DNA of 64,000 bases from Pseudomonadota bacterium. GTDB lineage: Bacteria > UBA10199 > 2-02-FULL-44-16 > JAAZCA01. Shown here piece by piece: positions 50,858 to 60,627 of the stretch (within the stretch, counting starts at the first letter, position 1; every line of letters starts with the position of its first letter). The translations under genes were made by a program, and so were the position numbers. The stretch lies in the NCBI GenBank assembly GCA_043798915.1, contig JAZDOG010000101.1, positions 1-64,000 of the forward strand, in the 5' to 3' direction. The notes below the pieces were generated by a model that was not told the DNA's origin, searched no databases, and saw only the letters and a list, made by a program, of their open reading frames with translations.

Positions 50858-51988
50858 TTAGAATATGAGCTGATATTTAGTTGCCGGTCCCTTCCCCTTT
50901 TTCTGCAGAAAGCGTTCCTCCAGCAATATATTCAAGGCATAAACCGCGGTGCGCCGCGGAATTTTAGTGTATTTCACAACATCCCCTGTGCCGAGCTTTT
51001 CTTCCGGATGCTCCTTGAAACAGGCAAGGACCTTCCTGGGCGCCTCTGCCAGACTCAGGAAATCATCGTATCTTCTGGCGTAGAATTCAATGTCATGCCG
51101 CAGAGCGGCGGAGATCATTTTGAGCATGAAGGTCAGGAAATATTCGATTTTGTATTTCTTCGGGTCCTGCAGGAATCTCCCTTTCGAACACTTTCTCAGG
51201 ACCAGATAATATTCCTCCTTGTTCTTTTCGATGTGCCGGTCGAGCGCGATATATGGCATGATTCCAGCCAGGTTTTTGTCGTCTGACTGAAGGATTGCGA
51301 GGGCAAAGAGACTTCGCCCGATGCGTCCGTTTCCGTCCTGAAAGGGATGTATTGCCAGAAAACGGAAGACGAGTTCGCATGCGACGGCGATGCTCCATGG
51401 ATGCGCCTTGAGATTTGCGTTGTACCAGTCGATGAGTTCATGCATTGCCGCGATCGTGACCGGGCCCGGATCGGCAGTCTTGAGGACATCCTTCACTGTG
51501 TTGGTGCCCAGGATCATCTCGATCACGCTGTTCGGAGAGGTCTTGTATTTGCCGAGGTAATGCGCAGCAGGAGGGTAAAAACGGAGCAGCTCGGCATGCA
51601 GTCCTCTGACGGTCGTTTCCGAGAGCGGAAACAGCTCTCTCGCCTGCGCATAGACGATGGTGAGCATATTGCGGCAGCCAGCGACCTCCTCGACGCTCCT
51701 CTCGCTCTCTTTCGAGAGCTTGTTTTCGATGTATTTCTTTTTCTGAATGAAGGCGGTCGGCCTGCCGTCCTGGCTGAGCATTTCATCCATCCAGTCGATT
51801 TCGACGTCAGTGAGGATGGCATTTTCGATCCTGGTCGTGGAGCCTATCGTGCTTATCAGGGCATATCTATGAATTGACTGTTGATGGTCAGGGGAGAGGG
51901 TATCGAGAAATGCCCGCTTTTCAGCAGATAAATCAGTGATTTCTTTAAGTTTTTTTGTCAGATCGTCTGTGATGTTGAAAGAAAGCAT
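50858..51988 (-). CDS. Fic family protein with C-terminal HTH
   Basis: Fic motif HPFQDGNGRIGR; N-terminal inhibitory-type STTRIEN; C-terminal winged HTH (IPRRTA...GKGPATKY). Confidence 0.93.
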   Translation of the reverse strand: MLSFNITDDLTKKLKEITDLSAEKRAFLDTLSPDHQQSIHRYALISTIGSTTRIENAILTDVEIDWMDEMLSQDGRPTAFIQKKKYIENKLSKESERSVEEVAGCRNMLTIVYAQARELFPLSETTVRGLHAELLRFYPPAAHYLGKYKTSPNSVIEMILGTNTVKDVLKTADPGPVTIAAMHELIDWYNANLKAHPWSIAVACELVFRFLAIHPFQDGNGRIGRSLFALAILQSDDKNLAGIMPYIALDRHIEKNKEEYYLVLRKCSKGRFLQDPKKYKIEYFLTFMLKMISAALRHDIEFYARRYDDFLSLAEAPRKVLACFKEHPEEKLGTGDVVKYTKIPRRTAVYALNILLEERFLQKKGKGPATKYQLIF

Positions 51989-51999
51989 GCAGATAGATT

Positions 52000-52048
52000 G
52001 TGCAATATTGTGCAACTATATGCAACTATTTATTGCACAATATTGCAC
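52000..52048. promoter_or_regulatory. Operator-like inverted repeat upstream of fic
   Basis: GTGCAATATTGTGCAA / TTGCACAATATTGCAC perfect 16-bp IR with additional TGCAA repeats. Confidence 0.65.
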
Positions 52049-52207
52049 GATACTGCACATCTAAATCATCTGCCGGTTTCACTTTCGTCCATCTCTTCTC
52101 ATTCCACGCATGGTTGCGCCACAGGAGGATATTGAGGGAGACGAAGATTGCGGCGTTGTAGAGGAACAGCGCGCCGTTGAGCAGCGCCGAACGTATTTTT
52201 TGTTTTA

Positions 52208-52894
52208 TCATTCCAAGAGCTCCAAAAGCGTGTGCGAGATCTGCTGCCCCAGGCGCCTTGCCTGCGATGTGAGTTTTCTCAGTTCCGTCTTCGTGAGAGG
52301 CTCGATCGTGCCCATCGAGCTCACGAGATAGGCGATGTGGGCGACGTGCTCCAGGTGCTCCATCCGATTGAAAGCGTCTTCGAGGTCCCGGCCCAGCACC
52401 AGCACGCCGTGCCGCTGAAGGAGGAACGCGTTGTGCTTCTCGAGCAGGGGCCTCAGCACCACCGCCATCTCGTCCGTGCCGGGCGTGGCGTACGGAACCG
52501 ATGGCACGGGTCCGATGTAGATCGCGAGCTCCGGCAAAAGCATCTCAGTGAGGGAGATGTCCGCCAGCGAGCAGGCGAGGCAATAATGGGGATGGGCATG
52601 GATAGCGGCGCCGACATCGCGGCGGAGCTTGTACACCGTGCGGTGCATCGAGGTTTCGGACGAGGGGCGGGTCTTCGGATCGTGCGGCGCGCCATTCGCG
52701 TCGCAGGCGACAATCTTCGAGGGGATCACGGCGTCCTTGCGCGTGGCGGCTGGCGTGATGAGAAAGCCTTTTTCATCGCGCACCGACACGTTGCCGCTGG
52801 TCGCCACAAGGTAGCCGCGATCGTACAGGCGGTGGCATACATCGGCCATCGCCGCGCGGGGATCCTGCTCCCATTGTTTGGCTTCGGAATGCAT
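52208..52894 (-). CDS. Class II aldolase/adducin family protein
   Basis: SGNVSVR, ITP, PSSE..MH..Y, IHAHP, LLQRHGV; start at MHSEAK overlapping the upstream stop. Confidence 0.9.
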   Translation of the reverse strand: MHSEAKQWEQDPRAAMADVCHRLYDRGYLVATSGNVSVRDEKGFLITPAATRKDAVIPSKIVACDANGAPHDPKTRPSSETSMHRTVYKLRRDVGAAIHAHPHYCLACSLADISLTEMLLPELAIYIGPVPSVPYATPGTDEMAVVLRPLLEKHNAFLLQRHGVLVLGRDLEDAFNRMEHLEHVAHIAYLVSSMGTIEPLTKTELRKLTSQARRLGQQISHTLLELLE

Positions 52895-53910
52895 CACACC
52901 TCTTCGATCAGCTCCTCTTCCGCCCAGACTTTTTTGCGCTCGTGGGCGCCGAGGAAGACTAACCCTAAGGCTATCCAGAACGCGGCCCTGAGCCGCTTTG
53001 CAATCTGAATCGTGATGCCCAGCGCCGGGTCGAGGTGCAGCAGATAGAGCACGCCGCTGTATGCGCCCTCCATGACGCCGAAGGCGCCAGGGACGAACGT
53101 GAAGACCGCGTTGACCATCGGCGCGAGCGCCGTGAGCACCAGCGCCGCGAAGAGCGTGAAGTCGTCCGAGACGACGCGGCCGATGGCATATATCTCGATG
53201 ATGCCGATCGCTCTCCCGGCGATGTGGTAGCCGAGAGCTATCAGGAAGCCCCTGTGGCTCTCCTCGTAGAAGTCGATGATGTGGGTGTCGAGCTCGGTGA
53301 ATCTCCTCACGGTCTTTTCCGAAAACTCGCGCTTGATCCCCAAACGCTGGCAGAGGTTGAATATCAGGCTGAAGAAGCCGCGCCGCTGGTGGATAAATAT
53401 GAAGGCGATGAATGCTGTCGAGATGAGGACGACGATCGGGACGCCGTACTTGATGTTCGACGGCAGCGCGTCGAAGGTGACGAAGGACGCCACGATCCCG
53501 GCGAGGATAACGATGAGCGTCGCCGCGCTGTGGAGCGTTCTGTCGACGACGACGGAGGCCGCGCCCTCCGACATCCTGAAGTTCTTCTTGAGGAGATGGA
53601 TGCGCATCGGATCGCCGCCGATGAAGTTGGCTGGCGTCATCGTGTTCACCGCCTCGCCCATGATCTTTATGCGGAAGAGATCCCAGAATCCGATGCCGTC
53701 GCCCAGACGGTGCAGGAACTGCATCCAGGCGGCGGTGTAGAGGGCATACCAGCAGGCGGACATGATGAGTATCGGAACGAAGAGCCATCCGATCTCGGTC
53801 ATGTTCGCGATGATGGTGTGGATGCCGATTTTTCTGACGAGTGCGACAAGCAGCGCGATGCCGATCGCGAGGCAGATATAGCGGAGCTTTTTTGCGAGAT
53901 AGGATGTCAT
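52894..53910 (-). CDS. Lysylphosphatidylglycerol-synthase TM/flippase-like membrane protein
   Basis: Multi-TM; N.MTPANFIGGDPMR, VVVDR, VPGAFGVMEG. Confidence 0.85.
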   Translation of the reverse strand: MTSYLAKKLRYICLAIGIALLVALVRKIGIHTIIANMTEIGWLFVPILIMSACWYALYTAAWMQFLHRLGDGIGFWDLFRIKIMGEAVNTMTPANFIGGDPMRIHLLKKNFRMSEGAASVVVDRTLHSAATLIVILAGIVASFVTFDALPSNIKYGVPIVVLISTAFIAFIFIHQRRGFFSLIFNLCQRLGIKREFSEKTVRRFTELDTHIIDFYEESHRGFLIALGYHIAGRAIGIIEIYAIGRVVSDDFTLFAALVLTALAPMVNAVFTFVPGAFGVMEGAYSGVLYLLHLDPALGITIQIAKRLRAAFWIALGLVFLGAHERKKVWAEEELIEEV

Positions 53911-54629
53911 CTGAGATAGTCCGGGTTCGCGTTGAGCGTCGATTCGGCGTTCGCCAGATCATCCGGCGTGTCGACCTCGAGCCATTTTATGCCTGTGGCG
54001 TCGCAGATGTTCACCGGGCAGCCTTCGCCCTCGAGCTTTGCGAGCGCGCACTCCACCGATGCCGCGTCGCCTTCGGAACTCCTCGCTGTTCCGACCGAAC
54101 GGCGGTAAGCGGGGAGGCTCGCTTTATCGCAGCAGGTCATCCCGATATATCCGCCGTCGAAGTCGGCGAGCTCCTTGTGTATGCGCGCGAGGCTGCCGTC
54201 CGGGCCCAGCTTCACCTTCATGTCGTCGGCGACGAGCGCCCTGTCGAAATCGCAGACGGCCGAGATGCCATTTTTGCGTTCGGCGATTCGCATCATGAGC
54301 CGCCTGGGGTAGATGTGGTCGACGTTCATCACGAGCAGGTCGGAGCAGGCCAGCGGCAGGGCCGTCTCTATGCTCCTGATGCTGCCGTCCCTGAAATGCG
54401 GGTTGTGTGACGTCTTCGCGTCCGGCCTGTGTTCCTTGAGGAACGATTCAAGGCGCTCCGCGCCGAAGCCGGTCACGACGATCCTCTCCGTGATCATGGG
54501 ATTGTCGAGAAAGTCCATCACGCGGAGAATCAGCTCGCGGCCGGCGACGCGCACGAGCGCCTTCGGGCTCTCGCTCGTCAGATCGCCCAGCCTCACTCCC
54601 ATCCCGGCTGCAAGAATGATTGCCTGCAT
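53907..54629 (-). CDS. Phosphocholine/sugar-phosphate cytidylyltransferase family protein
   Basis: AIILAAGMGVRL..PKAL, DDMKV, WLEVDTPDDL. Confidence 0.88.
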   Translation of the reverse strand: MQAIILAAGMGVRLGDLTSESPKALVRVAGRELILRVMDFLDNPMITERIVVTGFGAERLESFLKEHRPDAKTSHNPHFRDGSIRSIETALPLACSDLLVMNVDHIYPRRLMMRIAERKNGISAVCDFDRALVADDMKVKLGPDGSLARIHKELADFDGGYIGMTCCDKASLPAYRRSVGTARSSEGDAASVECALAKLEGEGCPVNICDATGIKWLEVDTPDDLANAESTLNANPDYLR

Positions 54630-55273
54630 CAGAACATCCCTTTCAGCTCCGATAAATTCGCGATCACTTTGACGTCGCCGAATTTTTCAATGAATTGATG
54701 GCGCGTGAAGGTGCCTTCCTTGCCGATGAAGGTGATGCCGGAATCCCTCGCGCGCTCGCCGTCCTTGATGGAATCGCCGACGAAGGCGATCGAGGAGCGA
54801 TCGACGCAAAATTTCCGCTCCACCGCAGCGAAGTGATCCTCGCCCTTCTCGAAGTTCTCCTTAAACCCCATCACCATGTCAAATTCAAGCCCCGCGTTGT
54901 TCACATATCTTTCCACGAGCTCCTGAAAATTGTTGGAGGAGATCGCCATCCTGATGCCGCGGCCCTTGAGATAGGCGAGCGTCTCCGGGGCATCTTCGAA
55001 GAGCGGCTCCCTGAAGTATCCTGCGAGCTTTGTCTTTTCGAACTCCTGGGCGGTCGCCGCGTTGGCTGGATCGCCTGGGAACAGCGCCTCCAGCTGCTGG
55101 AAGAACGGGAGGCCGGATGTCTCGAGGTATAGGCGCCTTGCCTCCGCGCTGTCCACGGGCAGACGCCTGGGCATGACTTCCGCAGCGATGTCGGCGAAGG
55201 CCTCCATCGAATTGACGAGCGTGCCGTCGAAGTCGAAGACAAGAACGTCGCTTGTGACTCGTCGCTCGTTCAT
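54629..55273 (-). CDS. HAD family hydrolase
   Basis: VFDFDGTLVNS, ISSN, FVGDSIKD; start at MNERR. Confidence 0.9.
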   Translation of the reverse strand: MNERRVTSDVLVFDFDGTLVNSMEAFADIAAEVMPRRLPVDSAEARRLYLETSGLPFFQQLEALFPGDPANAATAQEFEKTKLAGYFREPLFEDAPETLAYLKGRGIRMAISSNNFQELVERYVNNAGLEFDMVMGFKENFEKGEDHFAAVERKFCVDRSSIAFVGDSIKDGERARDSGITFIGKEGTFTRHQFIEKFGDVKVIANLSELKGMF

Positions 55274-56649
55274 GCGGTTTCTGCCTCCGGATTCGTCTGC
55301 ACGGCAAACTGCATGTCGGGCCTCGCCGCCAACGGTTTGGCTGCAGGCGCCGCGTGCTTTTCCGGTGTCAGGCTGAGATACGTGAGAATGATCGCAGACA
55401 CCGTCGTGCCGAAGGCCGTGATGAAGAGCCACCAGTAGAGGACCCCCGCCACCGCAAAGAGGAGAAATGCGAAGGAGAAGACGTCCTTCTTGAGCGTGTA
55501 TTTGCCGTATTTAATAAGGATGAGGAGCCAGCGCGGCTGCCCCGAGAGCTTCTGCAGGTATTCCGTGTCGAAGGTGACGAAGCTCGCCGACTGCGTGTTT
55601 CTCTTGAGATATCTGATCATCCAGAAGAACGTGATTGCGGTCGAGATGAGCATGATAGCCCCGGCCAGATAGGCCACGTGCGAGTGGGTGTGGCGCCAGT
55701 AGCCAGCGATGAGGCCAGTCATGAAGCTGCCGAGGGAGAGGTTGTCGGAGATCGAGTCGATGTATTGTCCGAACTTGCTCGTCCGGAACGTGAGCTTTGC
55801 CACCTCGCCGTCGCATCCGTCGGCTATTGAGGCGATCTGGAAGAGGATTGCGCCGAGGAGTATGACGTCGTAGCGATGCCCGTCGGCGACGAATACGCCG
55901 GAGAAGAGGCCGATCACGATGTTGACCGCCGTGATCGCGTTTGGGCCCACCCAGAGCTTGGAGAGCAGGATGCTTACGGGGAGCGAGAAGCGCTTGTTGA
56001 TGTATTTGGCGACCGGCCCCTGGGCTGAGTGCCGGATGGCCTCGGTGAGGAATTTTTCGGCCACGGCGCGGTCCCTGCGTCTCTTCACCAGGAACGTGTT
56101 GATGGCGAGCGGCTTTTCTACGAAGCGCGCCGAGCCCGCTTCCACCAGGCGCCGGAGGCAGCTCTCGATAGAGCGAGGCCGCTCCTCCGTGAAGGCCTCG
56201 AGCGCCCTCCACACCGATTGAGCGACGTCGATGACCGGGAGAGGAAGCACGCCTTCACGGCAGGTGATGACGCCTCCGTTCGCCAGAGGCGCGGCCCTGA
56301 TCGTCGACACCATCTCCTTTTCAAAGAGGAGGTTCGCGTTGATGACAAGACATCGGTTGTCCGCTTCGTCGGCGAGGCGCCGTGCGATCTCCGGGCTCAC
56401 CCGGTAGGGCTCGTCATAGCTTATCATCTCGATCGCCGGGAGCTGGCTATCTCTGTATCTCTCGAGAAAGTGCCCTATCTTCTCCCGCTGCGTTTCGGCG
56501 ACGAGGAGGATCACCCGTTCGATCCCGGCCTGGGCGAGCGTCATGATGCCGCGGACGATGATCATGATGCCGGCCACCTTGTCGGTGGCCATCATCATCG
56601 CCTCCGGCGTATCGGAGGGGACATATAAAATAGCCTGGCTGTTCTTCAT
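55270..56649 (-). CDS. CDP-alcohol phosphatidyltransferase with degenerate N-terminal nucleotidyltransferase-like domain
   Basis: PNAIT and DGCDGEVAKL...GQYIDSISD signature; C-terminal TM helices. Confidence 0.9.
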   Translation of the reverse strand: MKNSQAILYVPSDTPEAMMMATDKVAGIMIIVRGIMTLAQAGIERVILLVAETQREKIGHFLERYRDSQLPAIEMISYDEPYRVSPEIARRLADEADNRCLVINANLLFEKEMVSTIRAAPLANGGVITCREGVLPLPVIDVAQSVWRALEAFTEERPRSIESCLRRLVEAGSARFVEKPLAINTFLVKRRRDRAVAEKFLTEAIRHSAQGPVAKYINKRFSLPVSILLSKLWVGPNAITAVNIVIGLFSGVFVADGHRYDVILLGAILFQIASIADGCDGEVAKLTFRTSKFGQYIDSISDNLSLGSFMTGLIAGYWRHTHSHVAYLAGAIMLISTAITFFWMIRYLKRNTQSASFVTFDTEYLQKLSGQPRWLLILIKYGKYTLKKDVFSFAFLLFAVAGVLYWWLFITAFGTTVSAIILTYLSLTPEKHAAPAAKPLAARPDMQFAVQTNPEAETA

Positions 56650-56746
56650 GCAGAAGTTCTAGCTAACTAGCAGAAATCATTGAAACTTGTAAAGAAAATT
56701 CAATTGACTGTGGAAAACCGCTGTGGTAGCCGAAGCACCCTGTCAT

Positions 56747-57700
56747 ATGCGCCATAAATCGCCACCAACCCTCCGGGGCCTCTGGTATTACCTCCGATGC
56801 AATATGAGGAGGTCCCCTCTCCTTGTAAATCTGGAATTTACAAAACATTGCAACGCCAGGTGTTCGTTCTGCACGTGCTGGCAGGCGGACTCGGCCGGGG
56901 AGCTTGCGGACTACGGCCCTGTGATCCGGAAATTCAAGCCGGTCGTGGTCTCGGTCTCCGGGGGAGAGCCGCTCCTCAGAAAGAACTACGCGGAGCTGCT
57001 CAAAGGCATCCGGCCATGTTGTCATTATCTCGTGATCATCACCAACGGCGCGCTGCTCAACGCCCATTCGGCCGAAAAGCTCCACGACGCCGGCGTCGAT
57101 CAAATCTGCGTTTCGCTCGATTTTCTCGGAAAAAAGCACGACGAGAACCGGCAGGTGGAGGGCCTCTATGACCATCTGGCCAGCACGATCCCGGCGCTCA
57201 CGAAGGCTGGCTGCCGGATTGTGCTCAACACCGTCATCATGGAGTCGAACCTGGGGGAGGTCCTGCCGATCGCCTATCGCGCGAAGGAGTGGGGCGCGAT
57301 GCTCTCCTATTCCGCGTATTGCGCGCTCAAGAGCGACAGCGATGACGGGATGGTGAGGGCCGGGCGCTACACGCAGCTCATCGGAATCGTGGATGAGATC
57401 CGAAAGCTCAAGCGCAAGCTCGGGCACATCAAGAATTCGGACTATTACCTCAAGGCGCTGCCGGCCTACTTTCGCGATGGGAGCATGCCGGGTTGCCGGG
57501 CGGGCTATCGCTGGCTTCAGGTGACGCCGGACGGCTACGTCCAGCAGTGCTCGGAGCTCCCGAGGCTCTGCCACTATACGGAATTCACGAGGGAGAAGCT
57601 CAAGCCCGCTGTGTGCACGAAATGCTGGTATACCTGCCGGGGCGAGGCGGAGGCGTCGCATCTGAAACCGGGGCGGCTGATCGAGCTGATCAGGGCGTAA
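56747..57700 (+). CDS. Radical SAM protein with SPASM/twitch-like C-terminus
   Basis: CNARCSFC, SGGEPLL, ITNG, C.AG...PDG.V..C...CTKCW..C. Confidence 0.9.
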   Translation: MRHKSPPTLRGLWYYLRCNMRRSPLLVNLEFTKHCNARCSFCTCWQADSAGELADYGPVIRKFKPVVVSVSGGEPLLRKNYAELLKGIRPCCHYLVIITNGALLNAHSAEKLHDAGVDQICVSLDFLGKKHDENRQVEGLYDHLASTIPALTKAGCRIVLNTVIMESNLGEVLPIAYRAKEWGAMLSYSAYCALKSDSDDGMVRAGRYTQLIGIVDEIRKLKRKLGHIKNSDYYLKALPAYFRDGSMPGCRAGYRWLQVTPDGYVQQCSELPRLCHYTEFTREKLKPAVCTKCWYTCRGEAEASHLKPGRLIELIRA

Positions 57701-57813
57701 AGACGGCATTTTATGTTTTCCCTTGCACGACCTTGAGATTGCCGTTATAAACACGCGGATTTTTCGCGCACGATAACTATACCGTTACAAACGGTGGAAA
57801 GGAGATGGTTAGC

Positions 57814-58038
57814 ATGAAAAAGATTCTCGCAGTGGCCGTAGCGCTGACGATCTGCAGCCTCTATGGGCTGGGATGTCAGAAGAAAGCGGTGGACCAGAAG
57901 GCAGGGGGACCGGCGAAGATGGAGCAGAAGTTGATGCCGCCACCGCCACCGCCACCGCCACCGACGCCGACGCCGCCAGCTGGCGCGGAGCAGCCGGCAG
58001 CGCCTGCAGCGCCTGCAGCACCGGCGCCTGGCAAGTAA
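57814..58038 (+). CDS. Small Pro/Ala-rich lipoprotein
   Basis: Signal peptide with lipobox GLGC; poly-Pro. Confidence 0.65.
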   Translation: MKKILAVAVALTICSLYGLGCQKKAVDQKAGGPAKMEQKLMPPPPPPPPPTPTPPAGAEQPAAPAAPAAPAPGK

Positions 58039-58116
58039 CAGGCAAGTTGAGCAAAGGTGTGTTGTTATCTGAAACACAAGTTTCCGCCGATCGAGGCGGG
58101 AGAGGAGAAAGTAACT

Positions 58117-58569
58117 ATGAAGTTATTGAAAGTGGTAGTGATAGCTTTGGTCCTTTCGGTTCCGGCACTTGTCATGGCGCAGGCCCCGTCCGCATCCACA
58201 TCGCCTTCGAAGGCGACCGACACGGCAGCGGCGAAGGCCCCGACGACGTCGCCTTCAGCGACGACGGCAACGAACGCCCCGACGACGTCGCCCTCAGCGA
58301 CAGCGACGAAGGCCACGACAACGACGGCAGACACAGCGGCGAACAAGGTTGCTTCGACGCCAGATACGAAGACGTTCGAAGGGACGATCAGCAACATCAA
58401 CAAAGAGAAGAACAGCTTCACGCTCAAGGACAACACCGGCAGCACGCAGGACATCGCCTACAATATGCTCAGCACGCTGAAGACCGGCGATAAGGTGAAG
58501 GTCAACGTGAAGAAGGATGGCAGCAACTGGACAGCGACCAAGGTCGAGTCCACGACGACCACGAAGTAA
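58117..58569 (+). CDS. Secreted Thr/Ala-rich protein with small OB-fold-like domain
   Basis: Signal peptide; FEGTISNI...LKTGDKVKV..ATKVE. Confidence 0.75.
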   Translation: MKLLKVVVIALVLSVPALVMAQAPSASTSPSKATDTAAAKAPTTSPSATTATNAPTTSPSATATKATTTTADTAANKVASTPDTKTFEGTISNINKEKNSFTLKDNTGSTQDIAYNMLSTLKTGDKVKVNVKKDGSNWTATKVESTTTTK

Positions 58570-58596
58570 TGTGATCGTTATCTGAAATCTGCAGAT

Positions 58597-58632
58597 GCAG
58601 CGGCCGCCCACAAGGCGGCCGCTGTTGTTTTT
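58597..58632 (+). terminator. Intrinsic terminator
   Basis: CAGCGGCCGCC-CACAA-GGCGGCCGCTG followed by TTGTTTTT. Confidence 0.8.
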
Positions 58633-58730
58633 AAATGGTTTTCATCGAGATAATCCTGTTTTGGTTTAAATAAGTTCTTATATGTAAAGCATAAGTTGAC
58701 ATATTAATATTATATTAAACTAATGGGTTA

Positions 58731-58776
58731 GGATAATAATGTTTACACATATAGATATATGGTGCTATTATTATCC
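58731..58776. promoter_or_regulatory. Operator-like inverted repeat upstream of the AbiE pair
   Basis: GGATAATAAT ... ATTATTATCC directly before the ATG, in an AT-rich promoter region with TTGACA at 58696. Confidence 0.6.
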
Positions 58777-58778
58777 AT

Positions 58779-59387
58779 ATGGGGAAGACTGATATCTTCA
58801 TGAAGGCGGAGGTGATCTTTCGGGCTCGTGGAGGGATCCTTCGGACATCCGAAGCGATCGAACTTGGGGTCCACCCCCGCACGCTCTACGCAATGAGAAG
58901 CGAAGGTTGGATAGTCGAACTGGCGCGTGGTCTCTATCGGCTCGCTAAATTCCCTGACCTCAAGTCCCCTGACCTTGCGATTGTTGCATCGAAATGTCCG
59001 GGTGGAGTCATCTGTCTCATTTCAGCCCTTTCCTTTCATGGAGTCACGACACAGATCCCGCATCAGGTCGACGTCGCGCTCATGAGGGGACGGCGCCCGC
59101 CGAGGATCACCTATCCCCCCATCAGGGTCTTCCGATTTGGCAAGGAAGCATTCGGGGACGGGATCGAAACCCACACGATCGATCACGTCACGGTCCGGGT
59201 GTACAGCGTGGCGAAGACGATCGCCGATTGTTTCAAATTTCGCAATCGCATCGGGATCGATGTGGCTGTCGAAGCTCTCAAACTCAGCCGCGAGCGCCGC
59301 AAGGCCACGCCGGCAAAAATCATGGAATACGCCCGCATCTGCAGGGTGGAGCGGGTGATTCAACCCTATCTGGAGGCAATGATATGA
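58779..59387 (+). CDS. AbiEi-family type IV TA antitoxin
   Basis: LARGLYRL, ICLISALSFHG.TTQIP, VYSVAKTIADCFKFRN. Confidence 0.9.
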   Translation: MGKTDIFMKAEVIFRARGGILRTSEAIELGVHPRTLYAMRSEGWIVELARGLYRLAKFPDLKSPDLAIVASKCPGGVICLISALSFHGVTTQIPHQVDVALMRGRRPPRITYPPIRVFRFGKEAFGDGIETHTIDHVTVRVYSVAKTIADCFKFRNRIGIDVAVEALKLSRERRKATPAKIMEYARICRVERVIQPYLEAMI

Positions 59388-60298
59388 AGGCAGAAGCCAA
59401 AAGGAACATGGCTCACTCCGTCCATCAGCGTCTGCTCAATGTTGCGCGCGGGACGATGCGCCCTTTCAATGAGTTGCTGCAGCACTACGCCATCGAACGC
59501 TTCCTGTATCGCATCGGGAGGTCGAAACATGCCGAAAAGCTCTTGTTGAAAGGAGCGTTGCTCCTCCGTGTCTGGAACGTCCCGATGGCCCGGCCCACGA
59601 TGGACATCGATCTCCTTGGCAGGGTGACTGGAACGCAAGATGAGCTCGCTGTGATTCTCAAGGATTGCATGCAGATCGAGGTAGAGGACGATGGCCTCGT
59701 CTATCTGCCCGACACTCTCAGGATTGAAGCGATCACGAAAGAGGCCGATTATCAGGGGACGCGGATGAGGTTCACCGCAAAACTCGGCAACGCACGCGTC
59801 CAGGTACAGGTGGATGTGGGTGTCGGTGATATCGTGTATCCCCGTCCCGTCTGGATCGACTTCCCTACGATTCTCGGGAACGAATCGCCTCATCTTCTGG
59901 CATACACACCAGAGAGCGCCATCGCCGAAAAGTTTCAAGCGATGGTGGCGCTGGGTATGGCGAATAGCCGAATGAAGGACTATCACGACATCTGGATGCT
60001 GGCGAATACCCTTGAATTCGACGGGAAGATTTTCTCAGAAGCGATCAGGAGGACGTTTGATCGGCGAGAGACACGGCTTCCAGAATTGACGCCACCTGCC
60101 CTGAACGAAAAGTTTCATTCAGACGAGACGAAGAGGACTCAATGGAGCGCTTTCATCCGTGGACTGAAGCTCAAGGATGCATTGGCCCTGGAAAATGTGG
60201 TCGTCCTTGCGGCTCAAATGCTGATGCCTCCGTCGATCGTGATGTCGGCGAACAAACCATTCGAGATGAAGTGGAACCCCGGCGGGCCGTGGAAATAG
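59384..60298 (+). CDS. AbiEii/AbiGii-family nucleotidyltransferase toxin
   Basis: ERFLYRI, LLKGA..RPTMDIDL, IAEKFQAM..NSRMKDYHD; ATGA overlap. Confidence 0.9.
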   Translation: MKAEAKRNMAHSVHQRLLNVARGTMRPFNELLQHYAIERFLYRIGRSKHAEKLLLKGALLLRVWNVPMARPTMDIDLLGRVTGTQDELAVILKDCMQIEVEDDGLVYLPDTLRIEAITKEADYQGTRMRFTAKLGNARVQVQVDVGVGDIVYPRPVWIDFPTILGNESPHLLAYTPESAIAEKFQAMVALGMANSRMKDYHDIWMLANTLEFDGKIFSEAIRRTFDRRETRLPELTPPALNEKFHSDETKRTQWSAFIRGLKLKDALALENVVVLAAQMLMPPSIVMSANKPFEMKWNPGGPWK

Positions 60299-60404
60299 CA
60301 TTCGGTGAAGACCTCAAAAGCTCATCAAACGGAGCAAATGTGCTGATTGTTTAAGGCCTTGTTATTAAAAACTTGTTTTTGATCCGTCTGATGGTTTTTT
60401 TAGT

Positions 60405-60627
60405 GCCGAGGATCGGAGCCCCCTCCGTAGACGACCCGCCACGACTGCGCAACGTCGTGGCGGGTCACTCCGGGGACCCGCATCCCTAACGACACCGGCT
60501 GTACAAAACACAGCCGCTTTCGTAAGGGCTGCGTGTCGCCCCGACTCTTCATGGGCAGGTCGTCGGTTCGATTACGACCAGGACGCAAAAAGCAACGCCC
60601 CCTAAAAAATGGGAGCGTTGCTTTTTG
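60405..60627. mobile_element. Structured mini-element at the 3' end of tRNA-Thr, bounded by a 13-bp att-like repeat
   Basis: GCCGAGGATCGGA at 60405..60417 and 60629..60641; internal hairpins; inverted tRNA fragment at 60555..60573. Confidence 0.55.

Noticed and set aside
52895..53962. 584-aa ORF suggesting a long N-terminal extension of the aldolase
   Set aside because: The extension is an alternative frame over the flippase gene; the aldolase start at 52894 overlaps that gene's stop.
57936..57978. CCGCCA/CCGACG tandem hexamers
   Set aside because: They simply encode the poly-Pro linker of a small lipoprotein.
58994..59383. N-terminal extension of the AbiEii ORF
   Set aside because: It overlaps AbiEi in another frame; the ATGA-coupled start at 59384 with SD GGAGG is more plausible.
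60520..60590. Extra plus-strand tRNA
   Set aside because: Only a T-arm-like fragment is present; no acceptor, D or anticodon arms can be built.
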